This document shows positions 1 through 11,905 of a stretch of DNA of 64,000 nt, piece by piece. The position numbers were made by a program, and so were the translations under genes. How positions within the stretch are numbered: the stretch's first letter is position 1; the number at the start of each line of letters is the position of its first letter. The notes under the pieces are model-generated. The model worked only from the letters and a program-made list of their open reading frames with translations. It was not told the origin of the DNA and searched no databases. Source of the stretch: Mobula hypostoma (Eukaryota); the NCBI RefSeq assembly GCF_963921235.1, contig NC_086097.1, forward strand, positions 87,608,001 to 87,672,000, in the 5' to 3' direction.

Positions 1-243
1 GGATGGTCCAATTAATTGGAATCCACTAGATTAGCAATCAGTTATCCTTTTAAAACCTGGGAATATACAGTAAAGTTGTACAAGATGTACCAGGTGCCCC
101 TTTTGACAATGTTGAGTAAGAAGAATTGGATATTAGCTGCACATAAGGATTGATTCTATGCTTTGCTGGAAGAGGGGTTTAATCCTGGGAATCAGCAGAA
201 TCTGCTTTGATTCTGAGCTTTGTTCGCATTGGAGTTAATAGCT

Positions 244-662
244 GCTTTAAAAAAAATTATTTTTTTTTGAAGGAATGACAGAATACATAATGCATTACAT
301 GTTCCTCCATTTTGCTTTTATATCTTACTCCTAAACAAAGCTCCCCTTACCCGCCCTCCCTGAACATACCATGGCAGCTAATATATTTACAATACAACAC
401 TTCACAAATACAAGTACGGACATTACACAGCCATAACCCCACATTCCTTCAAGACGAAGGCCCACAACACGTCAGATGATAGAGAATACACTCATATTAC
501 AATGCATCAAACAACCTACGAGGCAAACCATATGCATGTTAAAAGGGGGAAAATCCCCAAGTACAATCAAATGCCCTCAACTGGTAGGTAATTCCTTAAG
601 ACTCCCAAAATATGACAAGAAAGGTCCCCATTTCGAATAGAACTTTTTCACGGACCCCCTCA
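244..662 (-). mobile_element. 5'-truncated L1-clade LINE (ORF2 C-terminus, 3' UTR, A-rich tail)
   Basis: Minus strand reads LLRGSVKKFYSKWGPFLSYFGSLKELPTS*, resembling fish L1 ORF2 ends. T-run at ~260-268 is the tail. 13-bp direct repeat GGAGTTAATAGCT at 231-243 and 663-675 is the TSD. Confidence 0.75.
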
Positions 663-1159
663 GGAGTTAATAGCTTTGAAGTGGAATGAAGTGTGGCTGT
701 AATGTGATATGAATGCTGGAGTCTGGCAGGAGATGGTCCTTCTGACATCACTGTATAGTGCCAATCCTGAATTTGGAAGAGCCAGAAATGGCTTGTTAGC
801 TTTGGCATATTGATGTCAAAGGAAGGGAGCACAGTTTGCTTGGTGGTTGAACAAGGCTATAGGATAAGGAGTATATAATGTTTCAGCATTTTCTGACTAT
901 GTAAGGAATTTCTGCTTTCTTTTATAAGCTACCTGTATTAACAAATGTTATGTAAAGTTTCCCATATTCAAAATTTTTAAGAGTAAGCTTTTCTGTGAAG
1001 TTGTTCTGCTTTTCTTTTCCTCTCTGTCTTTTGTTTTTTGTCAGAAATGTGGGTATGGAGGGAAAATGAAATTTAGGGTCCTTCTTCTGAGTGGGTCCAG
1101 ATTTTTCCAAGTTTAAATTTGAATGCAGTCTTCAGAATCGCCACACCAAGCTTAAATTA

Positions 1160-1440
1160 GTGACACAGTTGATGGAGATGCTGTCTCCAGCAGACGGTAT
1201 ACAACAACCACTGGTGCTGTCCGTGTGGAGTTTGCTCACTCTGCTTGTTGATCACCCTGCTTTTCTTTCCCAAGTGCTCTGGATTCCACTCACATCCCAA
1301 AGATGGAAGGTTATTTGACTAGTGTAGATTTCCCCTAGAGAATAGATAAATCTGGGGAAGGTGATGGAATATGGTACAAAAGGTTTATGGAGAAAGTTAG
1401 TTGAGAAGTGGAATTACTGTGTGACCTGATCTGAAGTAGC
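1160..1440 (+). mobile_element. Degraded V-SINE/HE1-like tRNA-derived SINE
   Basis: Core gtccgtgtggagtttgc...cacatcccaaagat...ttcccctag resembles the V-SINE central domain. Confidence 0.6.
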
Positions 1441-1729
1441 TTATATAGGAACATAGGAAACTAGTTTTTGGTTAAACCTTAATGAAAGCAGAATTACCAA
1501 CTCCAGTTTTCAACACAAAGGAACACTATTGTGAACAGAAAACAAGTTGTTTGTCATGAGGGAATTAGTTGCCTGGATTCTAAAGAAGATGTTAATGCAT
1601 AGCTTTCACAATGCTTCTCAGCTGAAGCTTTTAATTAAATTATTATTCTTTCACATCACTAAGCAATTTTCCCATCATCTCTCAGATCTATAGTAAAACT
1701 GGTGTAATTTGGGAAAAAGATTGGTGACC

Positions 1730-2967
1730 TGCTTGTGCAATTAGGTCCTCGATCTCCTCACTGCAAATCCCAGTCAGTTTGGATTGGCAACGGCATCTCA
1801 TCCATGATCACCCTCAGTCCAGGTGCACAAAAAGGCTGTGTCCTTGCTCTGCTCACTTTACACTTGTGACTGACTGTGCAGTTAAGCACAGCTCCCAATG
1901 CCATTTTCAAGTTTGCTGACAACACCACTGCAGGCTAAGCCAGAGGTGGTGATGAATCAGCATATACGAGGGAGATTGAAAATCTGGCTGAGTGGTGCCA
2001 TGAAAACGTTCTCTTACTCAATGTCAGCAAAACTAAGGAGCTGATTTTTTTGATTTCAGGAGGAGGAAACCTGAGGTCCATGAGCAAGTACTCATCGGAG
2101 AATCAGCTGCTGATCTTCTTCACCACTTCAAATTCTTTGGAGTTATCATTTCAGAGGACCTGCCCTAGGCCCTAGTAAGGGCAATTACATAGAAAGCACC
2201 ATAGTGCCTCTACTTCCTTAGGAGTATGCGAAGATTCAGTGTGACATCTAAAACTTGGACAAACTTGTATAGATGTGCAGTAGAGATTATATTGACTGGC
2301 TGCATTGCAGCCTGGTATGGAGACACCAATGCTCTTAAATGGAATATCCTACAAAAAGTAGTGGACACTGCACAGTCATTCATGGGTAAAGCCCTCCCCA
2401 CAATTGAGCACGTCTACAATGACTGTTGTTGCAGGAAATTGGCACCCATCACCAGAGACCCCCCTCACGCAGAGCATGCTCTCTTTTCACTTCTGCCATC
2501 AGGAATACAGTGCAGGAGCCTCAGGACTCACCACCACCAGATTCAGAAACTGTTATTACCCCTCAGCCATCAGGCTCTTGAACCAAAGGGGATAACTTCA
2601 CACAACTTCATTTGCCGCATCATTGAAACGCTTCCACAGCCCTTGGACTCACTTTCAAGGACTCTTCATTTCATGTTCTTGATACTTATTGCTTATTTAT
2701 TCATTATTATTTCTTTTTGTAGTTGCACAGTTTGTTGTCTTTTGCATGCTAGTTGAGTGTCCCATGGGTGCGGTCTTTCATTGATTTAATTATGGTTATT
2801 ATTCTATTATGAGTTTATTGAATATGCCTGCAACAAAATGAATCTCAGGGTTGTATATGTGACATAGAAAAACCATAGAAACTACAGCACAGAAACAGGC
2901 CTTTTGGCCCTTCTTGGCTGTGACAAACATGTATGTACTTTGATAATAAATTTACCTAGAACTTTGA
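1730..2967 (+). mobile_element. Rex1/Babar LINE 3' portion (degenerate RT C-terminus and 3' UTR)
   Basis: KFADNTT-like RT motif near 1908-1928; ORF 2226-2756 TNLYRCAVEIILTGCIAAWYG...HALFSLLPSG; tail ...gataataaatttacctagaactttga. Confidence 0.85.
2863..2922 (-). mobile_element. ~60-bp CR1 3' tail nested in the Rex 3' UTR
   Basis: catagaaaaaccatagaaactacagcacagaaacaggccttttggccc is a reverse-complement CR1 terminus; flanked by the direct repeat tgtgaca. Confidence 0.6.
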
Positions 2968-3024
2968 TTAGTTTGGAAAGGGGGATTGGTTTGAATGATG
3001 ACCTGTCGTCATTGAGGAGCAGCC

Positions 3025-3187
3025 TGATGTTGCCCAGATGGTCCAGAATAGTTTAGAGCCACTGCGATAGTATCCGCTGTTGACCTGTTGTGACAATAGC
3101 TAAACAAAAGGTGATCCAGTCATTTCTGAGGCTGGAGTCTTGCCATAACCAACCTCTCATCAATCAAAGCTCTTCATCACAGTCAAT
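3025..3187 (-). mobile_element. Rex1/Babar RT fragment
   Basis: Reverse strand resembles the MKxFERLVMA...DPLQFAY...NRSTADA segment seen in other Rex copies in this window. Confidence 0.55.
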
Positions 3188-4031
3188 ATAATTGGTTAGT
3201 AGCTGTATTTTGGCTGCACAAATCCTTTCTGTGATTATTGTTACAGGCTTTAGGTCCACTGAATATGGAAAAGCTTATTGCTGTAGGCTGCAGTTTTAGA
3301 CCTCAGAAATTCTGTGTCTGATTTTCACAATGCCAGTGGGGCTTCCGAACAAATCCTTGGTACTAATTCTCCTTTATAAATAAAAATTCTGATGCTCATT
3401 GTTGATAGGTACTTTAGGTACAATTAATTTCATACAACACTTTTTGGAGATTTGAAACATTTTGTTTTCTGTGTAAGTTTAGTGCTTTGGATGCATTCCC
3501 AGAAATGAGAACGTTCATGAAATCAGTGTTAAAAAGGAGGCAATACTGTGTTGTTTGTTAAAGTGTGCCTGGAACCTGATGCTTACCTCAGTCCTTTGTG
3601 AGTGCTGATCCTGATGCAGCCCTGTGCTCCACATCTGAGTGATGAATGGGTACACTGCTCATGCCAGCATTCACATGCAGCTTTGTCACTCCAAACTGTG
3701 GGCTCTGGTGGAGGGTAAGGAACCATTTACCAGAATGCAGCGTGCAGCCCAAATGGATGTCATTTTTAATGTTCAGTGAGTATGTTGAATCAAGAGCAAT
3801 GTAACAAATTAGTGCTCTTTGGGTGCTTATGTACTTGAATTGAGGGATGTTGTTGCTCAGTCTTGGAATTCTTCCTGTGTTACTGCAGACATCCACCCTG
3901 CAAAAACTCATTTCAGGGAGGTCTCAACCGGAAGTCTCAACTCATAGTAGTCTGTGTCAATGAATTTGTTAATTTTGCAAGACATCAGATTCACAAGTGT
4001 TTTGTGAGACAGCTGACTTCTGTATACTGTC

Positions 4032-4301
4032 TTAATGTGCCATGTTCACAATAGCTGCTGTTTTGGTTGATGAGCAGACATAGTTTTTTGCTATTTCTGA
4101 ATCAGGAAACATTTTCCTGAATAGCTTGCCTGTGTGCTTACACACCTGGAATGGCAGGTTATGCTCAACGATGAAAGATGTAAAGTACACCTCAGCTCTA
4201 GTGACCTTCTCTGTCAGACTTTGGTTTTCTGCTGAAAAGAACTGTGAAATACTTGAGCAGCCTTCCCTGCACTTAGCCTCCCTAATATGGTGTGGTTCCA
4301 A
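4032..4301 (-). pseudogene. hAT-like transposase N-terminal remnant
   Basis: VTRAEVYFTSFIVEHNLPF...GKLFRKMFPDSEIAKNYVCSSTKTAAIV resembles the EHNL..MFPDS..TK region of a widespread hAT-related transposase group; lies between the TIRs. Confidence 0.65.
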
Positions 4302-4393
4302 AAAGAAATAAAAGCATAAGGTGTATCCTTATTACAGGTGTGTGCCACTTAACGTCCATTCGGACAACGCCCGATCGCATGTACGTCTGTAGT

Positions 4394-4397
4394 CACA

Positions 4398-4455
<58 letters not shown>
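4394..4455. repeat. (CA)n microsatellite
   Basis: Directly visible CA run of about 60 bp with one early interruption. Confidence 0.97.
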
Positions 4456-4459
<4 letters not shown>

Positions 4460-5931
4460 GCCTGCAATAGTCGGGATCAGAACTTAATATTTTTACATCG
4501 AAATGGGGGATTTTAAATGAGTGATTTAGAAGTTCTGTATCTTCAAGTTCAAGTTTATTGTCATCTGGCTGATTGTCCACAAATGAAACAACCTCTGTCC
4601 GGACCATGGTGTAGCCACAATGCATATATCACGCACACCACATAAAACAATATATTACCATATTATTTAATAAAGTGTAATTCAAAATGCATATAAAGAG
4701 CGCAGCACAGGTAAACAGTTGGCTGTCCTAATGACGAGACCTCGGTGGGGGCCGGGTTTTTATTAAAATCAGTTTTTCTTCTGAAAATGGCTGCGCTTAA
4801 ACCCAGCACATCGCGGGCTTCGATGTACCTGTAAGTGGTAGTGTTTCAGGAAAAAAACCCAGAAGAATTTTCTTGCTGCGAGCACGTTATTAAAAAGGTC
4901 TTAGTGGGCGATTTTGGAATTTCGCTCCAATTTAAACCCCTCTCTAATCCGCTCTAAGGCGCCAATGCTCCCCACCCATATTGGACAGCCTCATGTAGTC
5001 AGGTTGTCACTGCCAACCTTGGGAATTTTTTTGCCAGGCTTTTGTACTTCATCAGCGACAGTTGTCCGGATGATTTCAGCGTCATTACAGACGGCAGTAA
5101 CTGAACTGATGGAATATGGAAGAGAGAGAGAGAGAGATCGACTGTAAAGCCCGCCCACAGAGAAAACTGATAGGTCTACTTCGCACAGAGAGATCAAGCA
5201 GGATTCATTCATTTTCTTTCTTTTTTTTCCCCTCTGCCTCTCTACAAAATCGATTTCCGGGATATTGTATATAATTTGCTAGCATCAGGGAGCCGCTATC
5301 AATATGCAGGAGACTCCTGGAACTCCTGGGAGAGGTGAGATGTCTGTTACTGAAGGCCACTCACTAATATGTAGTGAAGCTTAAAGATAGTGCCTTCCCC
5401 TGCTTCCAATCAAACAGTAAACTTTAGCATCATCGGTAGAGAACACTGCTATGACCCTTCATAATTTCAGTCAGCCATCAAATTTAACAAGTCCTATTGC
5501 TGCATTATGGTTGGTTCTGTAGGAACTTCATCGAAGCTGTTTAAATTAATTTTATGAAAAGAGATTGAAATTGAATATAAACATCCAGGTTCCTTGTTTG
5601 GACCTGAAACCACTCTTTAATCGAGACCTGTATTTAATCAACAGAAGCAAGTGCTTCTGCCTGTTTGGTTGTGGCTGGTTTCCAGAAATATCATATGCTG
5701 TGGCTTTGTGCTGGGAATGTTAATGTCGTTCATTCTTGTTGACTGATCATTTAAATGTGTGTGTATTGCTATGCATCATTTTGCTTTGTGAATGTTTTGT
5801 CCATTCTGTCCTTTCTGATTGAAATAATTAAAATTGAGAAGTAGAGAACATGGTTCACCAAAGATAATAAATGAATAACATGTTGGCTTTTTAATGATAT
5901 GGTTAGTTGTAGGAAACATAATGTGAATATA

Positions 5932-6178
5932 CATGCAGTGTCCACTTTATTAGGGATACCTGTTAATTCAAATATCTAATCTGCTCATCATGTGGCAGCA
6001 ACTTGGTGCGTAAAAGCATGCAGACATTCATTGTCAACAGGTTCAGTGTTGTTCTGACCAACTATCAGAATGACATGTGATCAAGTGACTGATTGTGGAA
6101 TGATTGTTGGTGCCAAACAGGGTGGTTTCAATATCTCAAACTACTGATCCCCTGTGATTTTTTTTCATGCACAACAGT
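5932..6178. mobile_element. Partial non-autonomous Tc1-like element (one end)
   Basis: cagtgtccactttattagg... matches the reverse complement of the right end of the full copy at 45911-46426. Confidence 0.65.
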
Positions 6179-6340
6179 TAGATATGCATGTTTATCTCCT
6201 GGCTCCCTTGTTTTCCTTTCAATTAGTTGTTATGTTTTGGAGTTACAAACTAAAAGTGTTCTTTTCGACAGCACTTCAGTGAGACCCTCTCACACTGCTC
6301 CCCCTCTGTGATCTTTGCTGCCCCCAACCAAGAATAATAA

Positions 6341-6836
6341 TCTCCGCTCCATCTGCCAAACACAAAATTTCCTGGTGGCCAATCACTTTAATACTGATTC
6401 CCATTCCATTCTGGCATGTCAGTCCATGGCCTCTTCCTGTGTAATGATGAAGTCACCATAAGGAGGAGCAACACCTTGTGTTCCATCTCGGTAGCCTCCA
6501 ACCTGATGGCATGAGTATTGATTTCTCCTTTTGGTGAAAAATATTTTCCCTCCAAGTCCCCTCTTCCATCCCCCACTCTGACCTCTGATTTCTTTTCACC
6601 TGCCTTTCCCCTGAGTCCTTCCCCTCCTCCTTCCCTTTCTCCTATGGTTCACTGTCAGATTCCTTCCTCTCCAGCCCTTTATCTCTCCTACCATCCTCCT
6701 TCCCTCTTCCACCTTTTTTTTCTAGAATCTTTTCCATTTCTTTCCCGTTCTAAAGAAGGGCCTTGGCCTGAAAGGTTGACTATACATTTCCATGGATGCT
6801 GTATGAACTGCTGAGTTCCTCCAGAATTTTGTGTGT
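6341..6836 (+). mobile_element. Penelope-like element 3' end (GIY-YIG C-terminus, pyrimidine-rich UTR, tail with decayed hammerhead)
   Basis: Frameshifted LVANHFN...MSVHGL...EEQHLVFHLGSLQPDGMSIDFS; tail gaagggccttggcctgaaaggttgac...ctgctgagttcctccag. Confidence 0.8.
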
Positions 6837-7283
6837 TTTAGTTAGTAATAAAATTTTTTTAGCCATTCTAGTAATTAACCAAGATTTCATCATTTCCAAA
6901 GAATACACAATTATTGTTTACTATACACTGTTTATAGTCCAAATGTACCACTGAATAGGATAGACCAGGTAGTTCTATTTACATTATTCAATCCACTTAA
7001 TCATTGTCCTTCGGCAGTCTACAGACCACACCCCCCCATCCCCCAGCCTATTCATTAGCAACTTTTTACATAACTGTTACAAAAGCCATTTGAGTGTAGT
7101 TTGACCTACAATGATAATAAACCTGTAACTGAATTTTCTACTAACCTAATTTTCTTAAATGTTGAATTTGTTCATACTCTGAAATAATAGTTGCGGAGCC
7201 TTTGACAACTTGAGATGTTACTGATTGCTGAACTAGAATTAAACCAGTGAATTTGTGTTTAAAAGTATATTTTCTTTCCACAG

Positions 7284-7369
7284 CTACATTTGTCCCGGCA
7301 GATGAAGGCTTAAGTCTCTGTGGTGAAACAGTTGATCAACAGAAGTCCTTTGGTGTTTCCCAGTAACAC
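7284..7369 (+). other. Candidate 86-nt non-coding (5' UTR-type) internal exon of an unidentified host gene
   Basis: Acceptor tattttctttccacag| and donor CAC|gtaaga in repeat-free sequence; all three frames contain a stop codon. Confidence 0.45.
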
Positions 7370-8939
7370 GTAAGACCACCTTGTTTCTGTAGTTCAGTGA
7401 ATGATTGGCAGTTCAATAGCTGAAAGCTCATGAGGGAACAAATGGAAATTTACTGGAATCAAGTGTTCTAAAATATCCTATGGGATGGGATTATATTGCT
7501 TTGCAGTTCCAATCAGTCTGTCATCTGAAGGGTGTAATTGATGAATGGAGTTTTGAAATTAGATTTTTTTCCCCCTCATCATAATAGTGAAAGGTTGGAG
7601 ATCAGGAATCCTGGCTGCTAGTTTTGATGGGTTGTGCTTGTGTGGGAGTTGAGGCTTGGCCTAATTTCTTGCAGGCACAGACTTTATATTTACAACGGTT
7701 ATTTACTTTATAATGTGATCAAGCATACTGTCGGATATCATGTGGTCAGGATGTAATAAGGGAACTTCCAAGAATGTCTGCAGGACCCTTTCTCAGTCCA
7801 GTGTAAGCTTGTAGTGCAGGTTTTCATTGTTCTTGTTGCAGAAACACGAGCAAAGAAAGACTCCTTGCAGATGAGTCTTGCCTTTAAGTCCGCTTTACCT
7901 GGCTGTGCTTTAGAGCAGCGCTGCACTCCTTTGCTGGCAACTTTTCCAAGTAAATTAATGAGGACCAAATGAACAATCTAATTTTTCCAAGTTTGTTGGT
8001 AATACTGTAGTGATATTAGTTCAATGCAATTCCAATAAAAAAAGTTTGATGGTTTGCTGTATTTCTTCCACTCTTTGTAATGATAATTATGTGTTGTAGG
8101 GCAGGGAAAGGCATTTGGAAATAATTGGAAAATACTATTTTCTGAATAACCTGCTGACAGGAACATCCAAACCTCTATTGAGGAAAATCCTTTTATTGAT
8201 CTAAAGCAAGCAGGTTGAGTTTGTTTGAGCTGTAACCATGGGGAAAAAGACGACCTTTATTTAGTGTGGTTGAAGATTTTAGTTGCAAACTTGAGGCAGC
8301 TACACACTCGTCTTCCGAAGGGAGGTGGTGAAGTATGACTAAATCCTAATTTAAATCTTGCAGTTCAACAATTCATTAGCTGCTCCTCAATCTTTCCACT
8401 CTGCAAATATGAATGCTGCCTTGTTTGGAAATCTGCAACAGAATGAAAATTAACATTGTGCTTGATGACTGCTTTTGAAGTGAAATTCAGCATGAATGTT
8501 TAAATGACTGCACTTTCTGTTGTTCTCTTTCTCCCATTCCTACTTTTGGAAGATCGTTTTATCAAGGGGAGCATTGCAGAATATTGGTTGCCAGCATGAA
8601 ATTTGGAAAGAATTCCAAGAGTTTATTGGCTTAGTCAGCCTTCAGTATGACAGATATTTTGAATAGAGGATTGAAAATGAGTTGACTAGCTTTGTGAAAA
8701 TCACAGGACTCCAGTAGTCAGTGTTTTTCTATTTAGTCCCACAGTTTTGATTTCAGAGTAATTTTATTAATTGCATTAGTTCTGCATAATTATAAATGTT
8801 TCCACCAGAGCATAAGGAATAGCATGCAACTGGTTTCCATAAGAACACGAGCAATATAGTGTGCAACTGGACAGCAATCTCCAGCTCCAACAACTCATTT
8901 TCATCCTTTATTCTGGTGTGATCTGTATGGAGTTGATCA

Positions 8940-9155
8940 GTAAGCACACGGGTTACCTCCATTTGTTCTGGTTTCATCATACATCCCAAAGATTTGTCAA
9001 TTAATTAGCTGTGGTAAATTGCTCCTAGAGTGTAGGGAAGTGGTTTTATCTTGTCGAAGGAAATGTAGGGAGAATGAAAGTGGTTTAAGGTAAATTGAGT
9101 GATGAATTGCCAGTATGGACTTGATAGGGCAAAGGACTGCATATTCTGTCAGTAT
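8940..9155 (+). mobile_element. Degraded V-SINE/HE1-like SINE with CR1-type tail
   Basis: gggttacctcc...ctggtttcatcatacatcccaaaga...gtaaattgctcctag, ending ...ggacttgatagggcaaaggactg. Confidence 0.55.
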
Positions 9156-9439
9156 TGGTGACTGTAAAGTCTTTCTCAGGAGTTTTTACTTAAGATTGCA
9201 GGATTGGCTCTTCGGTTCTTTACTGCACTGCCATTGGAACCATTCTTCTGCGGCAGTAATCACAACAGGAAGACGTATCTGGCCGTGGCCTACTGAAATC
9301 TTGCAAAGGACCCGGGTACAACTTTAAGTTTGTTGACTTTGTTGATTTAATGAAGGAATAACAATGCCAAACAACAAAGCTCATGTTGATTTCTGGAAGC
9401 ATTGAAAGCAGAAAAGGAAAAGTAGAAGAGAATTTGTGA

Positions 9440-10130
9440 TTCTGTAGATACCTTCTTAACTACCAGCCATCTTCAAAGATCTTATGGATTTTGGAAGTGG
9501 AGTCACTTTTGAGAAGATGTAAATACAGTAGTTAGTCTGTGGGCAGCCACTCCCCAAAAATGCCACTGTTAAACTGAGAAGATAATTGCCTGTAAATTCC
9601 TCTCTGTTTGAATCAGCAGACATATTCTTTAGCATTGGAACAACAAGCAGCTGGAGGAACTCAACAGCTGAGCAGCATCTGTGGGAGGAAGGGAAACGTT
9701 GACAGCTCCATTCCTCTCACAGACGCTGCTTGACCTGAAACGTTCCTCCAGCTTATCGTTTGTTGCTCTAGATTCTGGTGTCTGCAGTCTCTTGTGTTGC
9801 TGTAGTGTTTGGTGGTGATCGCCTGTTGTACATCCAGAATTTGATCCGACTGGCGTCAAAGGAACTGAATTTCATAAGTGGTATATGGTGAACATCTGGT
9901 ACAATATGATGTGTTTCACGTTGCTAGTCAGTGATGAATTTGTAGGTTCAGATATCTTAGTGATACGTTGAGAAGGAAAAATGTGAACTGGCCGCACCAT
10001 GACATCCATTGCATTTCCTTCAAGGATCCGATGTTACCTCACGTCAGAAACATGAGATCACTGACAGTTACAGGAAACCCTCAATACTCCGCATCGAAAT
10101 GTCAGCCCAGATGTTTGATTTACTGACTAT
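9440..10130 (-). mobile_element. Old Deu-domain-type SINE, interrupted by a Penelope-derived palindrome
   Basis: Reverse complements of ~10040-10115 (ctgggctgacatttcgatgcggagtattgaggg) and ~9490-9590 resemble the copy at 47610-47895. Confidence 0.4.
9632..9798. repeat. Penelope-derived imperfect palindrome
   Basis: gctggaggaactcaacagctgagcagcatctgtggga ... tctcacagacgctgcttgacctgaaacgttcctccagc are inverted arms. Confidence 0.7.
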
Positions 10131-10264
10131 AGCTCGTATTAGAGGTCTCTATTGCATCAATATTGAGAATGTCAGCTCTTCATTTTATTATTTTTTAATC
10201 CCTTTATAATCTTAACTGTCTCTATCAGGTCGCTTCTCAAACTTTTCTTGACAAAGGAGAAGTT

Positions 10265-10541
10265 TTTTTGGCGTGTGCCTGTGTGAGAGTCTGTGCATGA
10301 TGATGTCTTTTTCATGACTTTTTACAAGGCGCGGAGTGAGAGAGAAACTGTGTGGTGCGCCTCTCCTCACACAGAAATTTTTGCGGTATTTTCCCCTTTG
10401 TTTTACGAAGTCGAGTTGTGATCTCAACACTCAACCCGGCACAGATGGAAAGCGTACTCGGGAACCGACCCGACTGGTTTCGAACCCGGGAACCTGCACT
10501 CCCGGGTCCGGTGCCGATGTCATGGCGCCACCAGCCGGCCC
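10265..10541 (-). mobile_element. Young full-length tRNA-derived SINE (277 bp)
   Basis: Minus strand starts GGGCCGGCTGGTGGCGCCATGA (A-box-like), has B-box GGTTCGAAACC, ends ...CACACGCCAAAAA; perfect 15-bp TSD GACAAAGGAGAAGTT at 10250-10264 and 10542-10556; CpG-rich. Confidence 0.9.
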
Positions 10542-10775
10542 GACAAAGGAGAAGTTCTAAACTTTTGTAGAACCTTAATTGGACCATATTTGGATTATAC
10601 GCTTCGTTCTGACCTCTGAATTGATCAAAGTATTTATTGGCATAGGAAAAGGTGCAAGGTAAGACAATAATAGAAATGCAAGTTAAAACTAACTGCAAGG
10701 ACTAACATTGTTGAAGCTGTTTTCTTCATAAATGTCTAGTGGTGATTTGATGGAGATTTCAGGGTTTTTTCCCCA

Positions 10776-11065
10776 GCATCTGAATCCGATTTAATGTCAC
10801 TGGGATATACCATGAAATTTGTTGTTATGCGGTGGCAGTACATTGCTATATGCAATAATAAATAACTGTGAATTACAGTAATAATATAAATATAGCACAA
10901 AAAGAGAAAAGTGAGTAGTGAGGTAGTGTTCATGTATTCTATGTCCATTCAGAAATCGGATGGCAGAAGTTATTCCTGAATCGTTGAGTGTGTGCCTCCT
11001 CCCTGCTGGTACCAATGAGAAGAGGGCATGTCCAAGGTGATGGGATCCCTCCAGTAAAGTGGATG
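10776..11065 (-). mobile_element. Rex1/Babar 3' end
   Basis: Tail catctgaatccgatttaatgtcactgg; minus ORF HHLGHALFSLVPAGRR. Confidence 0.75.
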
Positions 11066-11267
11066 TTTTCATTTACGATCATGTTCAAAACTAAAGTCTG
11101 TAACTCGAAGATTGTTCTTGATGGTCAGTATGTTCCCAGTATGCTGAAGTGCCCATATCTGTGCTTTGCAACACTATGACTCTGTAGTCACAGGAGAATA
11201 CTACTTTACCCTGAGAGTGGTTGGAAAATGCTAGTTGCTAACCAAAAAATGATAGACTCATCATATA

Positions 11268-11905
11268 AATGTAATTGCAAAGAAAGCACTACAGCATCTC
11301 TACTTCCTCAGGAGTCTGTGGAGATTCGGCATGACAACAAAAACTTAGATAAACCTCTATAGGTATGCAGTGGAAAATGTATTGATTGTCTGGCTGCATT
11401 CTGGCCTGGTATGCCTTTGGATGGAAAATCCTATGAAAGCTAGTGGATTCGGCCCATTACATCATGGGTAAAGCCCTCCCAAACATTCAGCACATCTACG
11501 TGAAACACTGTTGTTGGAAAGCAGTATCCATCAACAAAGATCCTCACCACCCAGGCCATGCTCTTTTCTCTCTGTTGCCATCAGGTAGAAGGTACAAGCA
11601 CTTCAGGACTTGCACCACAAAGTTTAAGAACAGTTACTACCTCTCAATCATTAGGCACTTCAACAAAAGAAGATAACTACACTCATCTATTGAGATGTTC
11701 CCACAACTGAGGATCTCACTTTATCTTGTTATTTATTGCATTTGCACAGTTTGTTGTCTTCTATGGTCTACTTGCTCTTTCATTGATCCTGTGTATAGTT
11801 ACTCTTCTGTAGGTTTCCTGAGAATGCCCACAGGAAAAAGAATCTCAGGGATGTTTGTGACGACATATATGTACTCTGATGATAAATTTTGCTGTGAAAT
11901 TTGTG
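11268..11905 (+). mobile_element. Rex1/Babar 3' portion
   Basis: ORF 11443-11676 KDPHHPGHALFSLLPSGRRYK; same 3' UTR as 1730-2967 (aatctcaggg...tgtactctgatgataaattt). Confidence 0.85.

Larger units (their letters stand above)
3886..5346 (-). mobile_element. Internally deleted hAT-like DNA transposon
   Basis: Terminal inverted repeat CAGACATC (3886) / GATGTCTG (ends 5346); direct repeat TTACTG at 3880-3885 and 5347-5352; transposase remnant inside. Confidence 0.75.

Noticed and set aside
4292..4625. THTHTH / CVCVCV repeat peptides
   Set aside because: Translation of the (CA)n microsatellite.
10312..10698. Cluster of overlapping ORFs in a CpG-rich patch (possible promoter or exon)
   Set aside because: Explained by the TSD-flanked SINE at 10265-10541.
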